From positions 6,696,001 to 6,760,000 of the forward strand of contig OZ176053.1 of assembly GCA_964247055.1 (NCBI GenBank): a stretch of DNA of 64,000 bases, read 5' to 3'. Positions 13,301 to 24,861 of the stretch are shown piece by piece. The stretch comes from Paragordius varius (lineage: Eukaryota > Animalia > Nematomorpha). The notes beneath the pieces are model-generated. The model did not search any database and was not told where the DNA came from. It saw nothing but the letters and a program-made list of their open reading frames with translations. The position numbers and the translations under genes were made by a program. The number at the start of each line of letters is the position of its first letter. The first letter of the stretch is position 1.

Positions 13301-16300
13301 TTTTTTAAAAAAAAACAAGGGGATATTATGGATATATGTTATAGAAATAGGCAAAAAAATATTTTTTTATTCTTTTATGGACTAATAATGTTTTATGCCA
13401 TATGCTCTATTTAAGAATACTGAAAAAATAAAATGTCAATGTCTATGTGGTTTTTCTTGCTTTTTACGAATCGTAAATATCTTGAAATATTCTGTTACTT
13501 TTAAGAACCTTTTGACATTATTCAACTCTTTTCTATCTTCTCTTCTGTTAATAAAGTTTCCTATATTTTATCAATATTATTTCTTTTGTTTTTAGTTTCA
13601 TTCCATTCGAAAAGATACTACCATGTATCGAAAATTTTGGATATAGTTCAATTTACTAAATTTTTGGTCAAATTATAGATTCAACATAAATATTCGTTCT
13701 CGTTGTATATTATTTTTCTTTATATCGCTATTATTTGTAATTAATTTGATCGTTTTAAATTACTAAACTACAGTATATCATAATTTAGGAGCAAGTTATA
13801 TTGATCAATTATGATGCCTAAGAATTTACTAAAACCGGATCCTTTTTATAAATCCTTTTTTAAAAAAGACTCTGCCTAATCTCAAAAGTCTGCGATATTT
13901 GACTAATTTATGTGTTTGAATTGGTTTTCCATATGAATCTCAAAGATTTAATTTTTTTACACAATCTTAAATTTTGTTTGCTTTTTACTTTTTTAGAAAG
14001 AAAACAAATTTCGCATTCCAAACTGTACTGATGGTTTTCACTTTAAAAGTAAGTATTAATTATAATTTTATTTTTTTCTAGATTCGTAGATGAAATATAT
14101 TTTTTTTGTGAATCGAAGTTCAGACTATATTTATATTTTAAAATAAACTATATAAAATTCAAAAGCACTTTAAATATTATTACCACTTCATTACCTGTCG
14201 GCGTACCTAGAACAATTATAAATTTAAATATCAAATTATTTAAGAAAGCCATTAAAAATATGCTTCCCCCAGCATTTTGGCATGCTTCAAAATTTTTTCG
14301 TTAAATATCCAATGTAAAAAAATATCTCTTTTCGACTTTTTCTTTGAATCTTTTAATTTGTTGATACAACAGGCAAATTATATTATGGTTAGAAAATGTA
14401 AATAATTGAATTTAAAAAGCTTTCTGGTTATAACCAGCAAATACGTGTTATTTAAAAGTTCTAAAATTAGCTGTTTGTTTCAATCGTTCGGATTACCTCA
14501 ATTGGCTAAAAGTTTAGAGCTGTAAGTATTTTCTTAAACAATGTTTATAAATTAATTAACCAAAACTTCTTAAAAAACAGGATTTCTAAATTAAGCTCAG
14601 AGAGAAACTATCGCAAAATGTAATCCTATATAAAAAATGAAAAGGTAATGAAGTGTATAGTTAGATATTACAAACAATTATAGAATTATGGAATAAAAAA
14701 ATATGTTAAGATTTGAGCATATACTGAATTTATCTAGTGAAATTATTTACCTATATATTTTACTTATTATTCAGTTACTGAATAATAATTATAATCTAAC
14801 GTTTGCAGCGTGATGAAAGAATAGGATTTATATGAAAAAATTACTTTATAAAATAGATAATGGGATATTGATTATGTAAATTTTTCTTTTGGGCTAAACG
14901 GCTGACTCCTGTTAAACGGCATCTAAAAAAGACCGCCTAAAAATTTGAAAAAAAAATTTTTAAGTATTTTAAAAATAATTTTCGTTTAACTAATTATTTA
15001 ATTTTATTTAATTTGTGTTCGTTAATTAAATAGATGGCCTCCCTATGCTTATTCACTAATTATATATTTTATGCATTTTAATAAGTTAGAGTTTATATTT
15101 AAAAAATAGGTCTTAATTATTTTTCTTAATATTTATTATAGAACGGTTTGAGCTAGTTATCAAAACTGTCAAAAAGGATATATCCATTATTTGCATCTTT
15201 TGTATTAAAGTGAAGATTGAGTCTTTCAATATCTAAGTTTCATCATAAGCGCCCACGAATTTTTTTTCTCGATGTAGTCGGCGAAAAGCAGGATGGCCAC
15301 CCCTGTCTTTAGCATGGCTGGTTGTTTGTTAAGAAAATAAACCTATATTTCAGGGGTGGCCAACTTTTTTTACCCGCGCGGGCTACTTTTTTGGAAGAAA
15401 ATATCACGCGGGCACTTATGAATAATGATAAAAAAGATCCATTTATCACACTTCACCACAAATGATGCAAATATATATACCTTTATTCAAGGGGTGACTA
15501 GCACAGGCTATTTAAAATAAATAACACGAAAAATAAACAAATAATATAAATAACACAATATTTATAATAGTGATAGCAGTGTGCCGTGTCATATGTGAAA
15601 AGGGAAATACGACGGAATCTAAATACATTGGACACGGCTTTTCGACCAGAAAAAAAATTGGCAAAAATGAATCCAACCAATACATAGAGGAAATATGTTA
15701 CCATATTCCGTGGGTAGATATTTCTTATTTTTTATGTTTGTTAAATAACACTAGACAACAAATTTTAACTTTTTTTAACTGCCATTCTTGTAAACTTAAA
15801 ATTTATTTCATTAAAGTACATAATTAGTATATCTGATAAGAAAATTGGTCTAGCATTCAAGAATTTTTTTATATCAGAGTTTATCGATAATTTTTGGCCC
15901 CGATTTAACATTAAATTCGAAATTTCGAAAATTTAAAGTTTTAGACATGAAGCCATGTATTTTATATCATTCGAAAGAGCGCAAAAAACTGCATATTTTA
16001 AATGGTAGTAAGTCATTTAAATTCATCGGATGTAAAAGTTATTTGGATTTAAATGGTCAAAATTTTCAATCCTTAAATAAGTCAAGAATTTTCGCAGACA
16101 AACTAATTTGTAAATCATATAAATTATTTTAATATAATTATTAGGGTTATATTAGTATTTAATTTAAAAAAATGTTTGAAAAAGCTTTTGGTTTGCTTTT
16201 TTATTAAAAATTATTATTATCAAATTTATTTTACATAGTGGATACTAAAATGCATAGTATTATAACTGTAAATTTATTACATAATGGCTATAAAAGATCA

Positions 16301-16856
16301 AAAATACCTTAAACTTTGTTTTTATCTTTAAATTTTCGAAATTATCAGCCTTGTAAAGAAAATAAATTAATATTGATGAGATGGTAATTTTTAAAAAACA
16401 AAAAACTTAAGTGACATAAAAGCAATAAAATATGTTTTAATCAAAGAAAACTTTCTTGTGTTATCTTTTTTGGACATTCATCGCCATCTAAACAAAGTTT
16501 GAGCTATTTTCATCCATTAGTTTTAAAAATATAATAATTAAAAAAAATACTCTCGCTTCGCGCGTTTGTCGCTCTTTTCCAATATTAACTATCAATGTAA
16601 TACATATTAGTATGCATTTTATAGAGTTTTTAATACTCTTTCGAATGATATATTACAAATGGGCATTACTTGTATATTTTCAAAGAAAAACATTTTTTAG
16701 TAAAATTTTGATAAAGAGGGCGCATAATCAAAAAAATCAAATTATACAAAATTCTTCCATCGAGTTATAATTTTTATTTCAGATTTACTGTTAAAATGAT
16801 ACTAAATATCAGAAAATGCAAAAAACTCGAGTGGCAGAAAAATTTGTTGTCTTATG

Positions 16857-16890
<34 letters not shown>

Positions 16891-19800
16891 CTCCCTAAGT
16901 TTAATTAACGATTTATGTTAAACAATGTATACAATAATTTTGATAATTAAAAAAGTTTTGATTTGCTTTTTACCTGTTAAAAAGGAAGAGAATTGGGTCA
17001 AAATCACAAAGATATATTTATGTGAATTCTAATACAGAAAAATATAGAAGATTGTTTTTCTAGAATATCCAAACAAAATGGTTTGAATCTTTCCGAAAAT
17101 ATAACTCCTAACTTTTAAAATCTAAGCCGTTTAAATTAGGGAATTAAATAATCTAATTAACTTCATTTTCTGCAAAAAATTAGAAATTTACAAAGTATCT
17201 ATTTTAGAAGATGGGCTGCAATTATAAACTATCGGATGAATCAAAACCAGATTACTGTGGAGTTTGTAATGGAGACAATAGCACGTGTCAAATTGTAAAG
17301 TTGGAAAATATCACAAAAACACCAAAAAAATGTATTATACTTGAATATATTTTAATTATTTAGTAAAATTAAATTCTTTTGTGTCCTTAAAAACACCGTA
17401 ACTACCATGTTAAATGTTTGCAAATAGGCTATATTTGATTTAAGTTCGTATCCCAAAACCTGAGATGCAATTTCATGCTAAAATAATTTTTAAAGAGAAT
17501 AAAAGTTTTGTCTCATGCGGCGGTGTATATGCCTAAAATAGTGAAAAATATATTTACTGATATATATATATATATATATATATATAATAAAGTAAAGATC
17601 CTACTATACATTCAATAAAATTATTATAATAATACATAAAAATGCTAAAAAAATTAAAATAAATTGAAATTTAATTTTTTTCGTTTTTAGGGGCGAAATA
17701 CGAATTGGTAACAGTGAAAAAAGGAACACAAAATTTTTATGGCTCATTCGATTTGAATAATGACACCCGTGCTGGCACGTTTATCTATCATATAAGTAAG
17801 TGATTACGTTATATCGGTATTTATACATATAAAAAATAATCTTAAATCAGTTTACTGAAAACAACCACCTTATATATTATAAGTAATTTTTCGATCCACG
17901 ATCTAAAATAAACTAGTACAGTAACGAGAGTTTATCGATCCTTTTAATATTATTAATTAAAAACAAGGTTTTTAAATCATTTATTTGTCTGTTGGAACGT
18001 ATTCAATTTGCATTTTTATTAGTTACATTTGTAATAGTGCTAAACTGGTATTTCATTGCTTATATTTTTCAATCGAAATGAAATGTGATACACACCAATA
18101 ATCGAATTACTTATTTTAGCGAAGTAAAATACCCAAATGGCCATTAATAGCTCTCATTATTGTGTGTGTCTATTTTATTTGACATAATGTATATTAACGA
18201 AAGATGGAGGGTTTTATGTTGGCAGCCTATTTCCCTATAAAATATATGAGAATGTCGAATTCGGGAACATTTTTTAGGAAGGAATTATTAAATAGTCTGA
18301 AAGATGAAATAAAAGAATCTGAATATGAAGGCGTATGGCAGAGTAGAGGTATCGGGCACTTACCCCATGCATTTGATCTCAAACAAACTCCTATTTTTGC
18401 CATTATCCTTGTCGATTCTGACAACTCTAAAACCTATATTTTTCAAAATGCTTAGATTCTAAGTTTTTTTATTTTTTAAAAATATAATAATATAGGTTTG
18501 ACGTATTTGGTTTTTCTATATGGCCATATCCCATCAAATTTTTTCAGTTTCTAAACCTGGTTATTTTCTTGCTAATTAAATATTTGATGTTGCGCAAAAT
18601 TTATAATCCGCCATCAAAAATTGATATATTATGATATATAAAATATAGTAATTCTAATCGATAACCGGACCTATTATAGCTCAACCTCCAATATAAAATA
18701 TGAAATAAGTGATAACATCCTCCATATTCACACACTCAATGCCCTGAAAACTTTTAAAATACAAGTATACCCTAATTTACTTAATTTTATTTTTTAACAA
18801 TTATTTACATTCATTAGCTCAAAAATTTGTTAAAAAATAATATTCAAAAATTTGTAATTAAATGCATGTAAAACCTTGAAGGAAAATTTGGTATCATATA
18901 TCATGTAGAGCAGTGGTTCCCAACCTTTTTTTGTTCACGCCCCACCCAATTAAAAATAAAATTCTTGCACCCCCCTCTCAAAAAAAATCCAAGATAAAAT
19001 TATATATATAATTTTAAATAAATCCTAATCAATGAGAATCTTATATCTTTATTTTTTGAAATATATTATCCATATCGGTGACAAATCTTGATATTTCGCA
19101 CCTGAAATCCTTCAATTTGTATCCGGTTTTATTTTTTAAATTAACCAATTTTTCTGCCCCTCCCCCCTTAGACTTTTGTGCACCCCCCTTGGGGGGCGTT
19201 GTTCCCCTACTGAGAACCACTCATGTAGAGTATATAAATTTATAATTATAATAATTATAACTGTATTTGTCATCAACCAGTAAATTGGTATTGTTTATAT
19301 TATAAACAGATATTTTTGAGTGAAAATAATATAAAACATTATGATTTAGATGATTTTAAGATATAAACGTAAGAGCTAAAGTATTACTTAATGATTGAAC
19401 AATAGCGACAAAGATAGTTTTTTATATTATATATGATAGTATTAACCAAAAGTCCTCGTCTAAAAACATGTTATTTTAGAATTTTTACAAAATGGCTAAA
19501 AAAATGTTGATTATAAAAAGCATCGATTTAAAGTTAAAAAGTTTCTGCACCCTATAGCCTAACTGATACAATTCCATTTTGCAAAACATAAGCCGATAAT
19601 GGGAAAATTAAATCATGAATCTTTGAAAAATTTTGAATTCATGAAAGGTGTTCCAGAAAATTCCATGAATCATTTGATATTTTTATAAAAAATTGGAAAA
19701 ATGGGAATTAATTTTAAACAAGCACCGGTTCTCCTATAAACGTTAGTGAATATATGCTACAATTAAAAAATACATTTTTCTGACCTCTGACACCTGATGG

Positions 19801-20479
19801 CCTAAGATACAAAATAAAATATGTTTGAAAATAAATAATTGAACTTAAATGGCCAAAAAATCCATAATTATCAAAAATCCATAATAATCAAAAAATTCGC
19901 CAAAAAACAAAAAAATAAATTATTTAATAATGTAAAATTTGCTCCAATTCAATTGTGGCGATTTGCAACCTCAAAGGGTGCCATGATTGGCCGTAAGAGA
20001 TGGAATTACTGTTTTGATTAGCACTCTGTTTTATAAAATATTCATATTTAAATTCTAAGAAAAAATCGGTTATTTACTTTTTTCTATATCCAAAATATAT
20101 GCACTTCTAAATTTAAGGCTCGATTAATATGGAATTTATAATAGGCCAAATAAATTTGATATGAATTAATTTTACATTAATTAAATATAATTTAAATTTT
20201 ATTACAATATATGTATTGCCATCATACATACTACCCTAATATGCATCGGCCTAATTTCTGACAAGATTATTAAATTTATTTCACCTTTTATAAAAATGAA
20301 TTTACACATACATAATATTTTTATAATTATATTTTAAGGCTTTTAGACAATTGAACGAAGATCCTGGTATTGAATACAATATAACTTACGCTACTAATCA
20401 TACAATAAAAAATTGGAACAAAGGAATTCGCACTCTTTTCAGGGAACAGAAAAAAAATTCAATGCACTTTTCTTTTTAA
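1263..20479 (+). CDS. ADAMTS-type zinc metalloprotease, multi-exon, 5' part outside the window or not found
   Basis: Phase-consistent GT-AG exons 1263-1368, 2701-2826, 4091-4223, 5158-5268 and 12330-12539 give HEIGHLMGAIHD (reprolysin Zn motif), the GIMNY Met-turn, WSECS, a Cys-rich disintegrin-like region and TSP1. Later exons 17208-17331 (GCNYKL..DYCGVCNGDNSTC), 17691-17795 and 20347-20479 (DPGIEY, then stop) match the Cys-rich and spacer domains. Exons between 12540-17207 and 17796-20346 are not fully resolved. Confidence 0.85.
1553..2365 (+). mobile_element. Decayed mariner (Mos1-like) transposase in an ADAMTS intron
   Basis: Broken frames give SFLCRIVTSDEKR, HDNAR, DLAPFDHY, ASIGH..EKRF and QYFE*, colinear with mariner D,D34D motifs (TGDEKW, HDNA, PDLAPSDY). 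TIRs not confidently found. Confidence 0.85.
2701..2826 (+). CDS. ADAMTS exon: MGAIHD, Met-turn, WSECS (absent from ORF track)
   Basis: AG at 2699-2700, GT at 2827; in phase with both neighbouring exons; completes HExxHxxGxxHD. Confidence 0.9.
4091..4223 (+). CDS. ADAMTS exon (SPWSKCL…ACTFNKEFINICE)
   Basis: Flanked by ttttag and gtttag, phase-consistent; end of catalytic domain and start of disintegrin-like region. Confidence 0.8.
5158..5268 (+). CDS. ADAMTS exon, disintegrin-like (KATCSNLCC…GASCDP)
   Basis: AG at 5156-57, GT at 5269; 37 codons, phase 0-0. Confidence 0.75.
6247..6310 (+). repeat. Left copy of the 64-bp direct repeat flanking the LTR element
   Basis: Matches 12168-12231 at 61 of 64 positions. 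Confidence 0.95.
6311..6566 (+). repeat. 5' LTR (lacks the first ~11 nt of the 3' LTR)
   Basis: Aligns to 10580-10650 + 11978-12167 with 5 substitutions and 3 single-base indels by manual count; ends in CA. Confidence 0.9.
6569..6578 (+). promoter_or_regulatory. Primer-binding site, tRNA-His
   Basis: TGGTGCCGTG, 2 nt after the LTR, is the reverse complement of the tRNA-His 3' end (CACGGCACCA). Confidence 0.8.
6576..10517 (+). pseudogene. gag-pol of the LTR element, split by many stops and frameshifts
   Basis: ORF fragments 6576-6905, 7007-7705, 7736-8302, 8235-8897, 8875-9072, 9081-9626, 9733-9966 and 10173-10517 carry consecutive gag/PR/RT/RH/IN motifs. Confidence 0.9.
10556..10565 (+). 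promoter_or_regulatory. Polypurine tract
   Basis: AGGGGGAAAG, 3 nt before the TG start of the 3' LTR (10569). Confidence 0.85.
10653..10862 (+). repeat. 21-bp tandem repeat x10 (TTTTCCCAGTCAATCGAAACG), left foldback arm
   Basis: Counted directly from the sequence. Confidence 0.95.
11178..11459. mobile_element. hAT-type MITE nested in the foldback spacer
   Basis: Right end GTTAGACACCCCTG, degenerate left end, internal GCGGCCCGCG motifs shared with the copies at 28159, 37061 and 50769. Confidence 0.65.
11829..11975 (-). repeat. 21-bp tandem repeat x7, right foldback arm
   Basis: Reverse complement of the left array. Confidence 0.95.
12168..12231 (+). repeat. Right copy of the 64-bp direct repeat flanking the LTR element
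   Basis: Starts immediately after the terminal CA of the 3' LTR. Confidence 0.95.
12330..12539 (+). CDS. ADAMTS exon with thrombospondin type 1 repeat
   Basis: WGSWSAWSPC…RAKRRRC…PPCQG…KTC; AG at 12328-29, GT at 12540. Confidence 0.85.
13105..13720. repeat. Nested inverted-repeat elements (outer arms ~13105-13235 and ~13562-13720; inner MITE ~13253-13413)
   Basis: Inner ~48-bp arms (ATGGCATAAAACA…TAGTCCATAAAAGAATAAAAAA); diverged outer arms share TAGTATCTTTT…TGAAACTAAAAACAAA. Confidence 0.7.
15294..15420. mobile_element. Back-to-back hAT MITE ends
   Basis: TGGCCACCCCTG (15294) followed by CAGGGGTGGCCA (15351). Confidence 0.55.
15570..15714 (+). CDS. Candidate ADAMTS exon (VCRVICEKG…EEICYHIPW)
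   Basis: Cys-containing open frame lying where the first half of the Cys-rich domain is expected; splice limits uncertain. Confidence 0.35.
17208..17331 (+). CDS. ADAMTS Cys-rich domain exon
   Basis: KMGCNYKLSDESKPDYCGVCNGDNSTC matches the GCDxxLxSxxxxDxCGVCGGDNSTC pattern. Confidence 0.9.
17691..17795 (+). CDS. ADAMTS spacer exon
   Basis: AG at 17689-90, gtaag at 17796; in phase with the previous exon; AKYELVTVKKGTQNF. Confidence 0.7.
18204..18455 (+). CDS. Candidate ADAMTS spacer exon
   Basis: Open frame with raised GC (SGTFF…TPIFAIILV) between two spacer exons; splice sites not resolved. Confidence 0.35.
   Translation: MEGFMLAAYFPIKYMRMSNSGTFFRKELLNSLKDEIKESEYEGVWQSRGIGHLPHAFDLKQTPIFAIILVDSDNSKTYIFQNA
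18911..19222. mobile_element. hAT (Charlie-like) MITE with 8-bp TSD ATGTAGAG
   Basis: CAGTGGTTCCCAA…TGAGAACCACTC; identical 8-mer at 18903-18910 and 19223-19230. Confidence 0.9.
20347..20479 (+). CDS. Probable terminal ADAMTS exon (spacer end, DPGIEYNITY)
   Basis: ttttag acceptor; PGIxY spacer motif; the only GT lies inside that motif, so the frame appears to run to TAA at 20477-79. Confidence 0.6.
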
Positions 20480-20614
20480 TTAAGAATAAATTATTTATAT
20501 TATATGTTATTCTCTTGTGTGGTTAAGTTTTTATCCGAATCCTTTTTAAAAGTGCCTATTATGTTTTATTGAGTAAATTTAGTCACGCTTTGAGCAGTAA
20601 AAATTGATATTATA

Positions 20615-20855
20615 CGGACAAAACGGAAAAAATATAGACAAATATTTTTTCTAAAAGACAAACATACTTTTGAATCTTAATTTAACTTATTGTTTTAAAC
20701 TGCAAAATGTGAAACAGAAATATATATTACTAACACAATCAATTCTATATTTTACAATTGTAATCAAATAGCTTTCATAGAAAATATTAAGGTTTGAAAA
20801 AGTATGGTTGTCTTTTGAAAAAAATATTTGTCTTTATATTTTTACGTTTTGTCCG
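20615..20855. mobile_element. TA-flanked hairpin MITE
   Basis: ~60-bp inverted arms CGGACAAAACG…/…CGTTTTGTCCG with TA on both sides; related copy at ~37595-37809. Confidence 0.8.
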
Positions 20856-21299
20856 TATTATTTCAATTTTTAGTGTATTAAAACAAATATGAACACAATT
20901 AGCTTGAGAAGTGACTATGCTTTTTATGGAGAAACTGCATAATCTGTTATATAACTAATAAAAATTCTTATGTTTAACAATCCTTCTTCGGCTATAGGCT
21001 CAAACATTTAGATTTGATCGGTTTTGAAAATATCCATTTAAACTTTAAAACATATGTTTATCAATTGAAATATAAATTATTGTATAAATATTAAACTATG
21101 GATAAATTAAAACCTTAAATTATCAAGAGTATCTTTACCAAAATCCTATGCTATGCACATGAGAAATATATTATATTAAGGAAATGCATGAATTGCCCCT
21201 TCTAATATAATCAAAAACGTTTTGAAAAAAGCAGTTAAAAAGAATAATTAGAAAATCACAAATTTTTTTAGCGGAAAACGCCATCTTTATAGTTAATAT

Positions 21300-21624
21300 T
21301 TAACATATTATGGAGATTATTTCTTTTTAGCCTATTGCAATTAGATGTTATAGTACTTCCTATCAAGCATAAGGTGGCTTTTTGGTTTAAAATCTTAAAA
21401 TACTCAGTATATATACAAACTTTTAACGACAGTTTTTACCCGTGTTCATTATGTGTGGCTGATGAGTCCACAACAAGGACGAAACGCGTCTCACACTATG
21501 ACACGTGGTAAACACTGTCCCCTTTAAATTTTCGTTTCATAAAGCCACCTTATGCTTGATAGGAAGTAATATAACTTCTAATTGCAAAGGTAGGCTAAAA
21601 GAAAAAATCTCCATTATATGTTAA
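21300..21624 (+). mobile_element. ~325-bp hairpin element carrying a hammerhead ribozyme
   Basis: Outer inverted arms 21300-21381 and 21541-21624, inner arms 21428-21458 and 21491-21519, ribozyme core at the apex. Confidence 0.8.
21453..21496 (+). ncRNA. Type I hammerhead ribozyme (minimal, palindromic stem III)
   Basis: GTGTGG-CTGATGA-GTCC(acaacaa)GGAC-GAAAC-GC-GTC-TCACAC: complete core, 4-bp stem II, ACGCGT stem III, GUC cleavage triplet ending at 21490. Confidence 0.92.
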
Positions 21625-22418
21625 AAAGTATAATGTACACTAAAGTGACCAGATAGGCTGTTTTTCGCAGTACAGTACTGGGTTTTCGAAAAAAAAACCG
21701 CGCCTGTACTGCGCTGACTTTTGTACTGCTTTTTGAAATAATTTTTTTTATAAAAGTGTTTTAATTACCATTTATTTATACAAGTTTTGTTTGTAGAATT
21801 CGATAGAGTGCCCTTTAAAATAAATAAATGGTTTTTTTTGCTGTAAAAAACTATGGCTTTTAATGTTAATATTTTGTTTACTGCTCTAATTATACATGGA
21901 GTTGGGTTTTGGACGGGTCAAATCGCTTATGAATGCAGCCATTCGCGAAGTGGCGGAACTATCAATATCAGACTTCAGATTTAGGCCAATTTTCATTTAG
22001 AGCCTCGGCAAAAGCGACATCAAAAATAAACAAAAAATAAAATAATATTTTGGTAATTTTATCTTTTGAAAATTCATTTTGTTTCATATAAGCTTCAGCT
22101 AAATTAAATTTATTTGAGTTTACTCTAATTATAATTATCAAACGGAAAATTTTTATATTTCCGCAACATATTATTTTTAAAATTCATTACATTTGGTTTC
22201 GATATAACCTTTTTTTTCTAGGAATAAAACAACTTTTTTATGTTTTGGGTGGGAGGTATTTTCCTTAATTTTTTGTTTCCCTAAACTTTAATTTTTAGCC
22301 AGTTTTCTTTTCATTCTTTTGTGCATAAACAAATTTATAGATCTATTTTAATTTTGGCACACACACACACACAATAATTTTTTTATTAATTCTTTTAATT
22401 TTCTTTTCCGTGCCTTTT

Positions 22419-22586
22419 CCTATAAACAAAATATGGACTACGGAAAAAACACAACTCACAATAGATGCCTTGAAAGCAATTGTAATAGTCAAAAATACAG
22501 AAGAAAATTGTGAAGCTTTTTTAGATAAAATTTCGCAAAACCATAAATTATTGGGACAAATACATAAATCTGAAAAATATATATAA
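22419..22586 (+). pseudogene. hAT transposase C-terminal remnant
   Basis: INKIWTTEKTQLTIDALKAIVIVKN…KLLGQIHKSEKYI* resembles the WTxExxxLxxxxxKAxxxVK…LLxxIHxSEKY tail of hAT transposases. Confidence 0.75.
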
Positions 22587-22973
22587 TTTATTATTTTTAG
22601 ATATTATTACTATTATAAAAAAATAATTATTTATAAATAATTATGTGACGTCATATACTATTGATTGGGTAGTCAGAAATATTTGAATTATTTTTGAATT
22701 TTACACTGTTGCAAAGTCGGCATTTGAATAATTTACTATCCATTCACCTATCTTTTTTTCATCAACGCATAGTTTTACCTGCTGTCAAATAGTAATTTTT
22801 TCTAAAAAGCTATGGAACAGAATTTTCATAAGATCGTGTGTGAATGATTTTATCTGCATGGCAACATCTTATATAAACCATATATATTGTTTCCCTCTAT
22901 TTTTATTGTCATATATTGGTAATTATATTGTTTTTGACAATTGGCATTTTTTAAAACAAATATACCATTATAA

Positions 22974-23522
22974 TCTATATATTTATAAAAATATCTATTT
23001 CCGGGAAACCGGTAAATCCATTTGAATCCAAATGTCGAAAAAATATAATCATTAATGAATGCCCTGACAATAGCTTCGCCCTTTTTTTGAATTAGGTCCC
23101 CAGTTCGGGCCTACCCCGTGTAATAAACGGTTTTTTTTTGTAAACATAAGTCCACAAAAATCGTGTCTTTGAGAAAATTTTCTGGAAAACGTGTTGCATT
23201 CAATTTCAAATATGATATTTGTTTATTTCGATTGCGCCGAACATAATCGGCTCGCTTTTTTAATTAATGCCCTCTTTTTACCCGCTCCTCCCGTAAAATG
23301 CCATTTTTCCAAAAAAATTCAAAAGTAATTGTTTGAATCTATTTTTCGCCCAAGTAAACAATATATTAGTATGAATGCACCGTTTTGAAATTTATATGAG
23401 ATCATAGCTAATAAATAATATTTCGAAATAATCCATTTATTGTCCCTTTTTTCAAATAGCCCCCCCCCCCCCCAGTCCGAAGGACTTATTCGGGCTGCGT
23501 AGCAGCACGAGATTTACGCTAG
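22974..23522 (+). mobile_element. Non-autonomous Helitron nested in the hAT element
   Basis: 5' TCTATAT after A; two GC-rich 3' hairpins (AGTCC-GAA-GGACT and GCTGC-GTA-GCAGC), then CTAG|T. Related reverse fragment near 28560-28760. Confidence 0.7.
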
Positions 23523-24861
23523 TATCCATATATATAACATATGATATAATTATATGTACATACATTTATATCAAATTTTTAATAAATTTATTGTTGGATG
23601 TTTTAATTGTTTCTAATGAGCTTATAAATAGTAACGAACAATATCATTTAATATAAAACACCGAAAATCCGGTTAAAAAATAGGCAAAGTATGTTTCAAT
23701 TTTGTACTACGCCAGGGTTCTAAATATCTGGTCACATTAATGTACACATTTAATTGAATTAACTAAAAAAATCCAGATGCAATATATATGTATATATTCT
23801 GATATATAATGTATCAGGGTTCTAATGATGCTTTTGAGTTTGGGCTCTTCGAGATATAAGTTATTAAAACTTTTGTGGTATCGCTACATATCAAGCACAC
23901 AATAATCAGCTTATTCGCATGGTGATAGCTGTGGGGACATGTGTAGTTAAACAAAGTTATATTAAGGTGTTTCCATATGCAGAGATTAGAAGTGGATCAT
24001 AAAATTTTGCTAAAATTAATGTAATCTGGTAGAAAAATGCACATCAAGATTATCAAGGTGCTTAACAAGGTTTTTAACAACGTTAATGATATTTGACATT
24101 GTTCTAAATAGATTGGTGAAAGCTTAATGCTTTAATACAAAATAATTAATTACATGTATACTATTTATATATATAGAAGGATGTAAATTCCGAAAGTTGT
24201 CCATAAAGACTCTGGGCTGATATTCATTAAACGCAAAAAAGCAGTTTCAATTTTTAGGCATTTTAAAATTATTTTTATTTTTCAAAACCATTGTCACCGT
24301 TACTAATTACATATCCCCTGGTTTTAATTTTAAAGACAGAAAAAGATACAACTATAAGATATGATCTGCGAAATACTAATATTTATTAACATTTTTTACA
24401 TTTTCTGTTGAAAAAATTAAAATTTATATAAATAAATAACATATGCTAATATTCGAACATATTATATAAGAACAAATAATATTGTCACTCCATATTAAAA
24501 CATTGCATCGATTAGGGTCCATCACTAAAAACAATAAAAACCAAAATTATATGAAATTGGTTATTTTGTTCCTCAATTTAATAATCTAAGTATGAATAAA
24601 CTATATACTCATAAATATATCTTTTTAAATAAAAATAATATATAAGAGATCAAAAAATAGCTAATTGGATTGAACTGTTTATAAAATTAAATTAAAATAA
24701 TTGTACAGACAGAAAGTAAAAAGGCAAAATATTTTTCGAAAGCATACTTTATAAATTTAAGTCTTATAAAAACGATTTAATTGCGATTGTAAAATGTATA
24801 ATCCATTGTGTTACCAATTTACATCTCTATTTCATACTTTGTAATTTAAAGCAATGAATTA

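Larger units (their letters stand above)
21641..23739 (+). mobile_element. Internally deleted hAT (Tip100-like) transposon with 8-bp TSD ATGTACAC
   Basis: TIRs TAAAGTGACCAGATA / TATCTGGTCACATTA; TSD at 21633-40 and 23740-47; subterminal GTACT motifs; transposase C-terminal remnant. Confidence 0.9.

Noticed and set aside
23950-24110. VDHKILLKL resembling a LINE reverse transcriptase motif
   Set aside because: A single short motif with stops nearby and no other RT motifs.
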